Translations under genes and position numbers: made by a program
Notes under the pieces: generated by a model
The model's database searches: none
What the model was told of the DNA's origin: nothing
What the model saw: the letters and a program-made list of their open reading frames with translations, nothing else
NCBI RefSeq assembly: GCF_009914755.1
Contig: NC_060940.1
DNA: 64,000 nucleotides
Strand: one strand, 5' to 3'
From: the human T2T-CHM13v2.0 reference genome, Homo sapiens
Shown here: positions 44,699-64,000 of the stretch, piece after piece
How positions within the stretch are numbered: position 1 is the first letter of the stretch
Layout: every line of letters starts with the position of its first letter

Positions 44699-45565
44699 TG
44701 AGCAATTGGGATTACAGTCATGCGCCACCACGCCCGGCTAATTTTTTTTTTTTTTTTTTTTTTTTTAGTAGAGACGGGGTTTCACCAAGTTGGTCAGGCT
44801 GGTCTCGAACTCCTTACTTCAGGTGATCCACCTGCCTCGGCCTCCCAAAGTACTAGGATTACAGGCATGAGCTGCTGCACTGGGCTGAGTCATTTCTTTT
44901 TTGTAATTTTTTTTTTTTAAGAAAGAATCTTGCTCTATCACCTAGGCTGTAGTGCAGCGCGACCTCAGCTCACTGCCTCCTGGGTTGAGCAATTCTCATG
45001 CCTCAGCCTCCCGAGTAGGTGGGACTACAGGCCATGCCACCACACCTGGCTAATTTTTGTATTTTTAATAGAGTCAGGGTTTCACCATGTTGGCCAGGCT
45101 GGTCTCAAACTCCTAGCCTCAGTGATCCACCTGCCTCAGCCTCCCAAAGTGCTAGGATTACAGGCGTAAGCCACCGCACCGGCCCAACATTTTGTAATTA
45201 TTTACAACCAATTTTACATTGAAATATAATAGGCACACAAAAAGTGTGTATGTCCTAAGTGTACAACTCTGTACATTTTCATAAGAGAACACACTCATAT
45301 AGAATCAGGAAATTTAACCCAGAGCAGGAAATAGGACATTACCAGCACCCTGGAAGACCCTTGTGGCCTCTTCAGTCACAACACCTGGAGGGAGACTCCC
45401 AGGCTGACTTCTATCACCATAGATTAGTTTTGCTTGCTTTTGAACTTATTATCAAGGTCATACATTTGTCCTCTCTTGGGTTTGCTCTCAGATCCACCCA
45501 TATTGTTGCATGTCACTGTATATTTTTCATTCTTTTTGCTATGTGGTAATTCCATTATTCATTGA

Positions 45566-45937
<372 letters not shown>

Positions 45938-48345
45938 TGAGCTTGTCTGAGACTTGTGGAGAAAGTCTGAAACACCCCAAAAGGAGAAAGATGACTAGGG
46001 TCACACTTGAGGATTTGCCAGGTGGGCAGTGAGGGCCTGGCCAAGGTTGAGGATTGCTCTGTGATTCCAGCCAGGCTGCTGTGCCAAGACCTCTGGCAAC
46101 TCCTGCCAACCTGTGTGCAGGTGTAGAGAAGTCCAGGAGTTGGATTCCCCAGGGCTGGTTTCTGCCAGCTGGGAGAGAGGTGCGCAGTGCTGAGGATACT
46201 TGCAGCAGGCAAGTGATGGGATGGTGGCTGTGGATCCAGGCTGGGGAGGAGGCTGTGCAGGGAAGGTACAGAAGAGAAGGTAGGAGGGAGCTAGCAGAAA
46301 AAAAGAAAGCAGAGGCGGACTGTGAGCTCTGCACAGGGTGGTGTCTGTGAAATTCTGGGCTGTATCTCCAGTGACTGGCACATGCTTGGCACAAGGTTGC
46401 CACTCAGTGAATAGGTGAATAAATGGGTGAGGGCTCAAGGGGCCAGAGGTCTCAGGTAAAAGGCAGGTGAGGTGGGGGTGATGGAAAGCCTGAGGGTTGC
46501 ATCAGTGTGGTTGTGGTTTAGGAGGGGGGCATTCCAAAGGCAGGTGATAAGGCTGGGGATGGCTGAAGGGACCAGAGAGGCCAGCGATAGGCAGGCAATC
46601 CATGGGAATGCACAGGTCACCAGTGTAGGGTGCAGGGTACCCAGGCTTCGCCTTCAAGGAGGAGGGGAGAATAACATATCTCAAACTGAGGTCCCTGGAC
46701 CTCTTGCATCTGAATCTGTCGGGGGGAGGGGGAACTTGTGGAAATGCAGACCCCTGGGCCCAACCCAGCCTTTTGGGGAGAAAGTAAGCACAGTATGGGA
46801 GAACTGAGCCTCAAGGAGCAAGAGTGTTTATGGGATGGGGGAGCATCCAGCCCCTCCAAGGTCAAGGGAGGGATGGGCATGGTGGCATCTATCCAGGCTA
46901 GAGGTGGACATGGGATATTCAAAGAAGAGATAGGCTGGGCGCGGTGGCTCATGCCTGTAATCCCAGCACTTTGGGAGAATGAGGCAGGCTGATCACTTGA
47001 GGTCAGGGGTTCAAGACCAGCCTGGCCAACATGGTGAAACCCCGTCTCTATTAAAAATACAAACATTAGCCAGGCATAGTGGCGGGTGTTTGTAATACCA
47101 GCTATTTGGGAGCCTGAGGCAGGAGAATCGCTTGAATCTGAGAGGCAGAGGTTGCAGTGAGCCAAGATCGTGCCACTGCACTACAGCTTGGGAGACACAG
47201 AAAAAAAAAGAGAGGTACTGGGGATGGGGATCAGGATGGGAACGCAGAACCTGAGAGGCCCATGTGAGCTGGGGGCAGGAAGGATGGGGCATTAGCCTAG
47301 GATGCAGCTTGACTAGGGAGGAGGCCCTGGCTGGCAGCCAGACCTGATCCTTTCCCCTGGGTCCTGGGAAGAGGGGAGTGCTCAGGCTGAGCACTCCCTC
47401 TGTGGGAGTAGGGATGGGGTGGTGCATGGGGCTGTGGGACTCTGCATCCAGTTCCTTCTCTGCATCTCTCTTGGCGCAGCAGCACACACTATGGGGTGGA
47501 TCTAGCCTCACACTTTCAGCCTCTCTTCTCAGCCTCAGTCCCCTGGTGATCAGTGCCCTAACTCTCCGCCCTCCATTGGCACAGCCCCTCCAATCAGCAC
47601 CCTTAGCCCATCTTTCCACTCTTCAGCCCCCTACTATCCACCTTCTCACACTTAGAACCCCAGCTCTCAGCCCTCTGTGTGTTCAGCCTTAGCACTGCTC
47701 AACAGCCACTCTTTTTTGGGGGAGACGGAGTCTCGCTCTGTCGCCCAGGCTGGAGTGCAGTGGCGCCACCTCCCGGGTTCAAGCGATTCTCCTGTCTCAG
47801 CCTCCTGAGTAGCTGGGATTACAGGCGCGCGTCACCATGTCCGGCTAATTTTTGTATTTTTAGTAGAGACGGGGTTTCACCTTGTTGGTCAGGCTGATCT
47901 CGAATTCCTGACCTCGTGATCCGCCCGCCTCGGCCTCCCAAAGTGCTGAGATTACAGGCGTGAGCCACTGTGCCCGGCCTCAATAGCGACTCTTTAAGCC
48001 CCCTACTCTAATGTCTGATACTTCCTCCACTTAGCGTCTCCATTCTATCCCTTCATATTCATCCCCATGCTCAAATCCCTTTACGCACATTGCTGACCCC
48101 AGCTGAGCAGACCCCTCGCCCCCCGTCGGTCCCCTCCCCGAGGGGAACCCCAGTCACCGGTCCCGCCCCATCCAGGCGGGCTGAGTCAGGCGGCAGGAAC
48201 TGGGCGGGGGGCGGCGCCGGGAGGAGCCGAAGCCGAGCCAGAGCCGCTGGGAGCGAGCCCGGAGCCCAGCCGGGCGGCTCGAAGTGGCCAGGGCCGGAAG
48301 GTCCGCGGGGGGCGAGCGCGGGTCGGGGGCCGTCCCGGACCCACC

Positions 48346-48364
48346 ATGAACACCAAGAAGAGAG
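48346..48364 (+). CDS. RIPOR1: RIPOR1 alternative first coding exon, MNTKKR(G); 14-aa extension (1233-aa form)
   Basis: CCACCATG Kozak context at 48346, donor GAG|gtagga, phase 1 in frame with exon 2, inside the proximal CpG island. Confidence 0.8.
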
Positions 48365-49213
48365 GTAGGACCCAGCTCGGGGCTGCGAAAGCTCAGGGAC
48401 TGGCCCCAGGGGAAGCAGGCCGGGTTTGGGGGCCAGGAGTGTGTGTTTCGCCGAAGCGGGGTGGGGGTCTGCCGAGGAGCTCTCCCCGCCGATGCCGGGG
48501 TGGAGGCGCACGTCCGTGACTCAGTTTCCAGGTGGGAGCCTCAGGAAAGAGGAGGGGGCGGGGCCCTTCTCGGCATCGCGCCCAGCTCTGGGAATCCCCC
48601 TGCCTGGAGGGCGCCGGGACGCCCGGGCCGGTGGGGGCTGGGGGCAGCAGGTCACGCTGGCAGGCGGGGGGCGGGCGACAAACCCGCACCGGCTGGGCCT
48701 GTCGGGCAGCTCCGCAGGGCTCCGAGCGTGGCCCCGCCCCGCCCCGTGACCTCCTTGGGCTCCCGGGGTGGGGGGCCCCGAGCTCCGGGTGCCCTGGGGG
48801 GGGAAATCGGGGGCAGGGCTGGGGAGGCTGCCCCGCCCCCGGGTAAACAGGCGCTTCCGCACATTCTTCGCGCGCGCCGCCCCTTTCCTGCCCCTTCCCA
48901 GCCGGAGGAGGGTCCCCGCGCGACCCCCCTTCCTGCCCCGCGGCAGGCGGAGCCCGCACCTCGGCAGGAAGTGGGGGCCGAGCCGAGGCCACGCTGAGTC
49001 CGAGGCCGAGTCGCCTGCGGCTGTCCTGTCATTAGTGCCCGGGTCGGCGGGACTAGGCGGACCCGGCCGGAGCCCGCTGGGGCAGCTGTGCCTAGCGACA
49101 GGAAAGACCTGCGCCAGCCCTGGATCCCGCTGCGTGGGAGAGGGCTTCGGGGATCCGACTGGTACTGGACACCCCCCCGATCACCCGCAGGGAGCCCCGC
49201 GCGGACTCACTCT

Positions 49214-57230
<8,017 letters not shown>

Positions 57231-57527
57231 ACTATTCACCCATGGGTTCCTGGTGCCCCTTTCCCCCCACTTTCAGGGCTCACCAGGCACTGGCAGGGAG
57301 GGTAAGGGCTGGCTCCAGATACCCCTCCCCCACAGATTCCTAGCAATGAAAATCTAATATATTCTTCTGTTGCCCCTGGGGTTGGAGAGTCAGTGCCTGC
57401 AGTCAAGTGCCTCCCAGCCTCGGCTCAGCACATCCCTTGCCACAAATCAGTGTCTGGGGCTTGGCCACCCTGCCGCTGCCCAGCCACATCCCTTGGTTTT
57501 GTATTTTATTTACAGAGTTTTACAGAA

Positions 57528-57533
57528 AATAAA
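57528..57533 (+). terminator. RIPOR1 polyadenylation signal AATAAA
   Basis: AATAAA ~300 nt after the stop, preceded by U-rich sequence and a TGTA element. Confidence 0.85.
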
Positions 57534-57912
57534 AAAGCAAAATGTCTTTCCTACATGGCCTGGTACACTCCTGACCCTCTGCTCCAACACCCTCTGGCTG
57601 TGGCCCTGCCTGACACTGGTGTGTTCACACTGCAGCTGTGACAGTGCCATGTGCACTTGCCCTGGAAATTCAGGTGGAAGAAAGCCCAGAGGCTGGAACT
57701 GGGCTTGGAGAAGAGAGCAGGGGAAAAGGGTGGTTCAGCCTGCAGGTGGGGCCTACCCTGGGCCTGGGAACTACGGCCCAAGGTGGAGCTAAACTGGAGT
57801 TGGCCCAGAAAACACCAAAGGGTGCCAATCCCAGGCTGTGGCCTGGGAGCAAAGGGGAAGGGAAAGGAAAAACAGGAAGGGAAAGGAGGCACGGGGTGGC
57901 TGGAGCTTCTGC

Positions 57913-57926
57913 CCACCAGGGGGCAG
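57913..57926 (+). promoter_or_regulatory. Consensus CTCF core motif just 3' of RIPOR1
   Basis: CCACCAGGGGGCAG fully matches CCASYAGRKGGCRS. Confidence 0.55.
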
Positions 57927-60900
57927 CAGATCCGCGTCAGCAGATGCCAGGTTTGGGTCTTCTGCAGCCTGGGCAGCTTTCTGCAGAGGGGGCTGAAGGA
58001 GCTCCTTGAAGCTGGATGGCAGGGGAGAGGAGCTCCTTGCGGAGGGGAAGAGCTGGGACCTGGGAGGCAGGAGACCTGGATGGCTAACCTGTGACCCAAG
58101 ACAGCAAGTCCCTTCCCTCTCCAGCTGTCTCCCCCTCTATAATAACAAACGTGCCTGAACTCTGTGATCCCCAACAGCCGGCCAACCTGTGCTGCTTCAG
58201 GAAGCAGAGATCCCAGGAGAGGGCTTGCCTTTGCCCCGCCTCGCCTTGCCCCAGAGCTGCCTGGCCAGTGAATGTGTTAACCCCAGAAGGCTGAGTCCTG
58301 CGTGAGGAACTGGAGTGTGGGGTGGGACTTCAGGATGGCAGGCCTGTTCTAAGGAGGGGCTGAGGGAGGCCCACACCCGTGGCTAGAGAAACAGGCTCTC
58401 CACCCTTCCCCTCTCCCTCAGCACTTCCAGTATCCAGGGGCAAGGAGGTGGTGCATACGCAGCACTTCCCTGACTCATTGAGGCCACTCTGATGTCCCAG
58501 TACCTGTGGCAGCAGCTTGGCCTGTGCAGGACGTGTCACGTTGGGGAGCCTGCCCTCAGGAAGAGCCAGTGAAGTGCCAACAGTCCTCTGGAGGGTGACC
58601 CAGATCCCCAGGGAGCCCTGCCCCCCAGTGTTTTAGAGCTAGGTATGAAGAGGTTTGGCTGGGGCTTTAACCACCTGCTGGGGAAGCCAAGCTGAGCAGA
58701 AAAAACGGCAACAGGAAGAAGCACAGGAAGCACCTGTGTGGATGCAAGTGGCTCATTCCAGACGCTGGGGCGAGGGTGGGCAGGGGCAGGCAGGCAGCCC
58801 TCTGCACACTGGCGCGGCTCTTTGCTCTCTGGGTAACGAAGGGTGGCACGGGATGGTGCAGCTCAGTATTTGGGGTGGTGAGCTGGAGCAGCATGGGGCA
58901 GAGGAGGCAAACAAATGATGGAGACCAGGCCAGCACCCAAGGCTGGCCACAGCTGGGGCCTGCCCCAGGGGTCCCTGGAGGAGGCCGGCAATCCCAGAAC
59001 CGCCCCTAGCAGCCCTCAGTCCTGAGGCCCCCACAAGAGGCCCATTGGTAGAGCAGGGCTATCCACCTGCATCAAAAGCATAGCCTGTCATGGTGGGGGA
59101 AGAGGAAGTGAACACTGGTTGACCAGGTCCTGGGAAAGTGCAGATGGGGGTGACTGAGCCTGCATGAGCTCACAGCTCAGTACACAGGAGAGAGCAGGGC
59201 TTGGGCAAGAAATGGAGGATGGAAAAATGTCATCATCCCAGCCAAGGGGTCCACTGGCGTTGTCACTAAGAATCCCTGCTCTCCAATGCTGGGAAGGGAC
59301 AGACCCTAGACTCTGTGCTCTGCAGAGTCCTGAGGCCAGAGCCTAGTATTCAGCTCTAGCCAGGGGTGGGTGTGAGGATCGGAAGGGGACAGGAGCTGGA
59401 ATGAGGGCACTGTGAGCACAGCCAGGTGAAGCACATGATGCCTATCTGGCTCAGAGCAGCATGAATCAACCCCAGGACAGCCAGTCAGCCTCTCTCCATC
59501 AGTGGCTTGAAGGCAGGCTGGATGGCCTCCTACACCCAGGCCCATGCCCAGGTTCCTGAGATGGTGGAGGGGCAGAGAGAACCCTTGTCCTCCCACCTCT
59601 GTATCTCTCCTGACCCCCTCTGCCTCACAGGGGCCTCCCACAGGGCAAACCTGCCCATAGCATTCTCCCACCCCCTACCCTGCTGTCATGTGGGTCAGGG
59701 AGGCAGGTGTTCCTGCTGTTTGGGACTGAGGACAGTTGGGAGCCCCTTGCCTCAGGTGATGGGCAGTTGACGATACCATCATGAGTCAAAGGTATCAGGG
59801 CAGGGAAAGCGTCTGCCCAGCCTCTGAGGGGACAGATGGAAGTGGGCCTCCAAGGCCTGTGACACACTGAGAAGTGCCCTATCAGTTAAGTCCATTGAGG
59901 CCACAGTCGCCTTGGCCATCATCTCTGAGACTCTGCCCAGAGGAAACTGCTCCACGCACACTGCAAAGCAGGGGCCAGGCTGAAGTAGTCCATGATACAG
60001 TTTATTGTGCTGGCAATCGATGGAGTGTTCCCTCTACTCTCCTCCTTTCCTCTTGCCCTCTCCCAACCTTACCTTTCCTCCTGTCTCCCACTCTTCTTCC
60101 TCATGTATTCCAAGCTGCAGAGGACCAAAAAAAGAAGAAAGAAAAAAGGCACGTTTGTGAAGGCAAAGAAAAAGATGGGTTGGCATGTGGGAAGAGGATT
60201 GCTGCTTTGTCTCGCCCACAGAGCGGGGGTGCCTTCCTTGTATGTTTCTGTGCCTGGTATGTGGGTACAATTTGCTGAACCCCAGACATATGACATGACC
60301 CTCCTTTCCCTCCATACCCCCCTCCCCACCCCAGACAATCCTGGAGTGTCCCTTTCAGGCCATCCATCTCCCATGGACAGAAGGCTCTTGGCTTGGCTGC
60401 AAGGCCTGGCTTTTCTGGGCCTGGGTGATACAGGAGGGTAAGCTTGGGAAGGACTCCAGTGCCTCATATAAACTGCTAATGAAGCACAATCTATCATTTA
60501 GAAAATAGGACTGACATTGGCCTGCGAGAAAGGGGTCTCTTGTTTCAGAAGGTTGACGGCAATTGGGTGATGGCCACTACTCTGAGTTTAATGTCAAGGG
60601 TCAAGTCTCACTTGTCTCCAGATACACCCAGGGCATATGGACACTCAGTGAATGCTGACTGAGAGCAGCTGAATTGCTATACGCAACACCTAGGTTTCTA
60701 ACTGTCTCCTCTTAATTTCCTTACAACCTTCTCCTCCTCCTCAGGCATGTCTTAACATGGTGAAACCCCATGTTGTCTCTACTTAAAAAATAAAAATCGC
60801 CCCACAGGGTTCCATTCTAGGCCCTTTCCTCTCTCTCAAAACATACCCCTAGATGACCTCCCCATTCTGCTGGCTTCCATCCACATGCTGAGGCTGCATG

Positions 60901-61091
60901 CCAATCATTCACATGGTTCTTACCTTGCTTCCAGACCCCCACATCCAGCTGCTCACTGGACACTTCCTTTTGAACATCTGGGGCATTTCAAACTCAACAT
61001 GCTCAAAATCAGACTCAACATCTTCTCAAAACTTGTTTCTCCTCCAACAGCTCTAGGGGTTACCAATTTCCCAGGTACCCAAGCCATATAA

Positions 61092-61379
<288 letters not shown>

Positions 61380-61583
61380 TAACTCCTAACCCCAAGTGAC
61401 CCACCCGCCTCAGCCTCCCAAACTGCTGGGATTACAGGTGTGAGCCACGGCACCTGGCCCATATATTTCTTTAGCAAGCTGCATGCCCACCTGCTCTTGT
61501 CACAGGAGCCTGCGCTTTCCCTTCTATAAGACTAATCACACTTCATTGCAATTGCTTATTTTATTTATTTATTTATTTTTTGA

Positions 61584-61834
<251 letters not shown>

Positions 61835-62259
61835 TGACAGGCGTGAGCCACCGCACCTGGCCTGCAATTGCTTATTTACTTTGTACCCTCTGGAACATAC
61901 ATTCATAATATATGCTGACAATTTTACTGGGTAACCACCCAGGTCTGAGGTGGGTGCCTTCCCTCTAGAACTTGGTCCAAGTGTTTTGTTTTGTTTTTGG
62001 GACAGGGTCTTGCTCTGTTGTCCTGGCTGGAGTGCAGTGGTATGATCATAGCTCACCGTAACCTTGAACTCCTGGGCTCAAGGGATCCTCCTACCTCAGC
62101 CTACCAAGTAGCTGGGACTATAGGCACACACCACTATGCCCTGCTAAAGAGGTGGTCTCACTATGTCGCCCAGGCTGGCCTCAAGTGATCCTCCCACCTT
62201 GGCCTTCTAAAGTGCTGGGATCACAGGTATGAGGCATCACACCCAGCCTTTTTATTTTT

Positions 62260-62850
<591 letters not shown>

Positions 62851-64000
62851 AGGGCTTTCCAACTTACCCAGTTCTAAGATTCACCTGAGAACTTCCCTGG
62901 AGATTCCAATTCAGCAAATCTGGCGTAGGGCCAGCCAATTCTCTATTTGTTCAGGCTGCATCTGCCTTTGCTATGCCCAGCACCCAAGGCCAGATACACA
63001 GTAAGTGGTCCAGAAATATCTTCTGATGAATACCTCTAAAACCTGTCTCTAGCTCTGGTTTCCCTTACATACACCTCCCCAACTGATGGCCTTGTCTTAT
63101 GTCAAAAGCAACCTGAAAAGCACTTTGAGTGTGAAAGTACCATATGTTCAGTGTGGAAGAAGCCTGGAAACTCAAACACTCTCCCTAGTCCCCCCCATGG
63201 GGCATAGCGCTTTAGAATGCACTTTCACCACCAGGATCCCAATTAAGGAATGGAACAGAAGCCTGAGGAGGGGACAACAGAGGGAGGGAGGACTGAGGTC
63301 AGACTGGTGGAGGAAGCAAGCAAGCTGAATCCCCAGGGGCCAGAGGGGGCAGTTAGAGATGAGGCTGAGGGGGTGAGCAGGGGCTTGGTGAGCATGGGAG
63401 GCCTTGTGGAGTGGCTGAGTTTGGAATTTATCCCAGGGTACCGGGGAGCCACCAGTGGGCTTGAAGCAGGGGGGTTTTGTGATCACGTGTGTGCTTTGGG
63501 AAGGTCACTCTGGCAGCTGTGAGAGGGAGGAGGCCGGAAGCAGGGAGGAGCCTGCAGTTACATTAGAAGAAGCAAGAGTCTGGGCCTGGTGGCTCACGCT
63601 TATAATCCCAGCACTTTGGGAGGCTGAAGCAGGTGGATTGCTTGAGCTCAGGAGTTTGAGACCAGCCTAGGCAACATGGCAAAACCCCATCTCTACAAAA
63701 AATACAAAAATTAGCTGGGCACGGTGGTGTGCACCTGTAGCATCAGCTACTGAGGAGGCTGAAGCAGGAGGATAACTTGAGCCTGGGAGGTTAGGGCTGC
63801 GTGAGCTGTGACTGCACCACTGCCTGATAGCCTGGGCAACAGAGTGAGACCCCATCTCAAAAAAAAAAAAAAAAAAGAAGCAAGAGTAGCCTGGGCCAGA
63901 GTGGGTAAAGGCTAGAAGCAGAGGCTTGAAAGTCATGCTCGCTTTAGCATGCGGTTTCATATGACTACTGTGATGTCCAGTGACTGCTCCGCTCCATTCC

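Noticed and set aside
57551-60497. Many 60-207-aa ORFs downstream of RIPOR1
   Set aside because: No consistent splice structure or homology; expected in GC-rich intergenic DNA
63339-63352. CTCF-like GCCAGAGGGGGCAG
   Set aside because: Poor match in the 5' half and lies within an L2 fragment

Overview
Human-type (primate) genomic DNA, extremely Alu-rich and GC-rich in its right half. I recognise it as the 16q22.1 interval between AGRP/ATP6V0D1 and CTCF; that placement comes from recalling the RIPOR1 neighbourhood, since neither neighbour lies inside the window. The one intact protein-coding gene is RIPOR1 (FAM65A) on the + strand. It has 21 shared coding exons from 49214 to 57230 that splice to exactly 3660 nt (1219 aa + stop), two CpG-island promoters (~39.3-41.4 kb and ~48.1-49.6 kb), and several alternative first exons, one apparently built from a MIR SINE. 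The most unexpected signal is at ~2.4-11.7 kb. The unique sequence between the Alus there encodes, in collinear order and across many frameshifts, stops and deletions, fragments matching carnosine synthase 1 (CARNS1, ATP-grasp ligase) from near its N-terminus to its C-terminus. This looks like a heavily decayed CARNS1-paralogue pseudogene that I do not recall being annotated; the comparison was made by eye against a recalled CARNS1 sequence and needs a database check. Other notable items: a splice-created strong-Kozak upstream ORF, a candidate intronic poly(A) site that would remove the RIPOR1 C-terminal domain, a DR2/DR3 nuclear-receptor half-site array, a TSD-flanked U2 snRNA fragment and a 39-bp templated insertion. 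Repeat subfamily names and boundaries are by eye and approximate.
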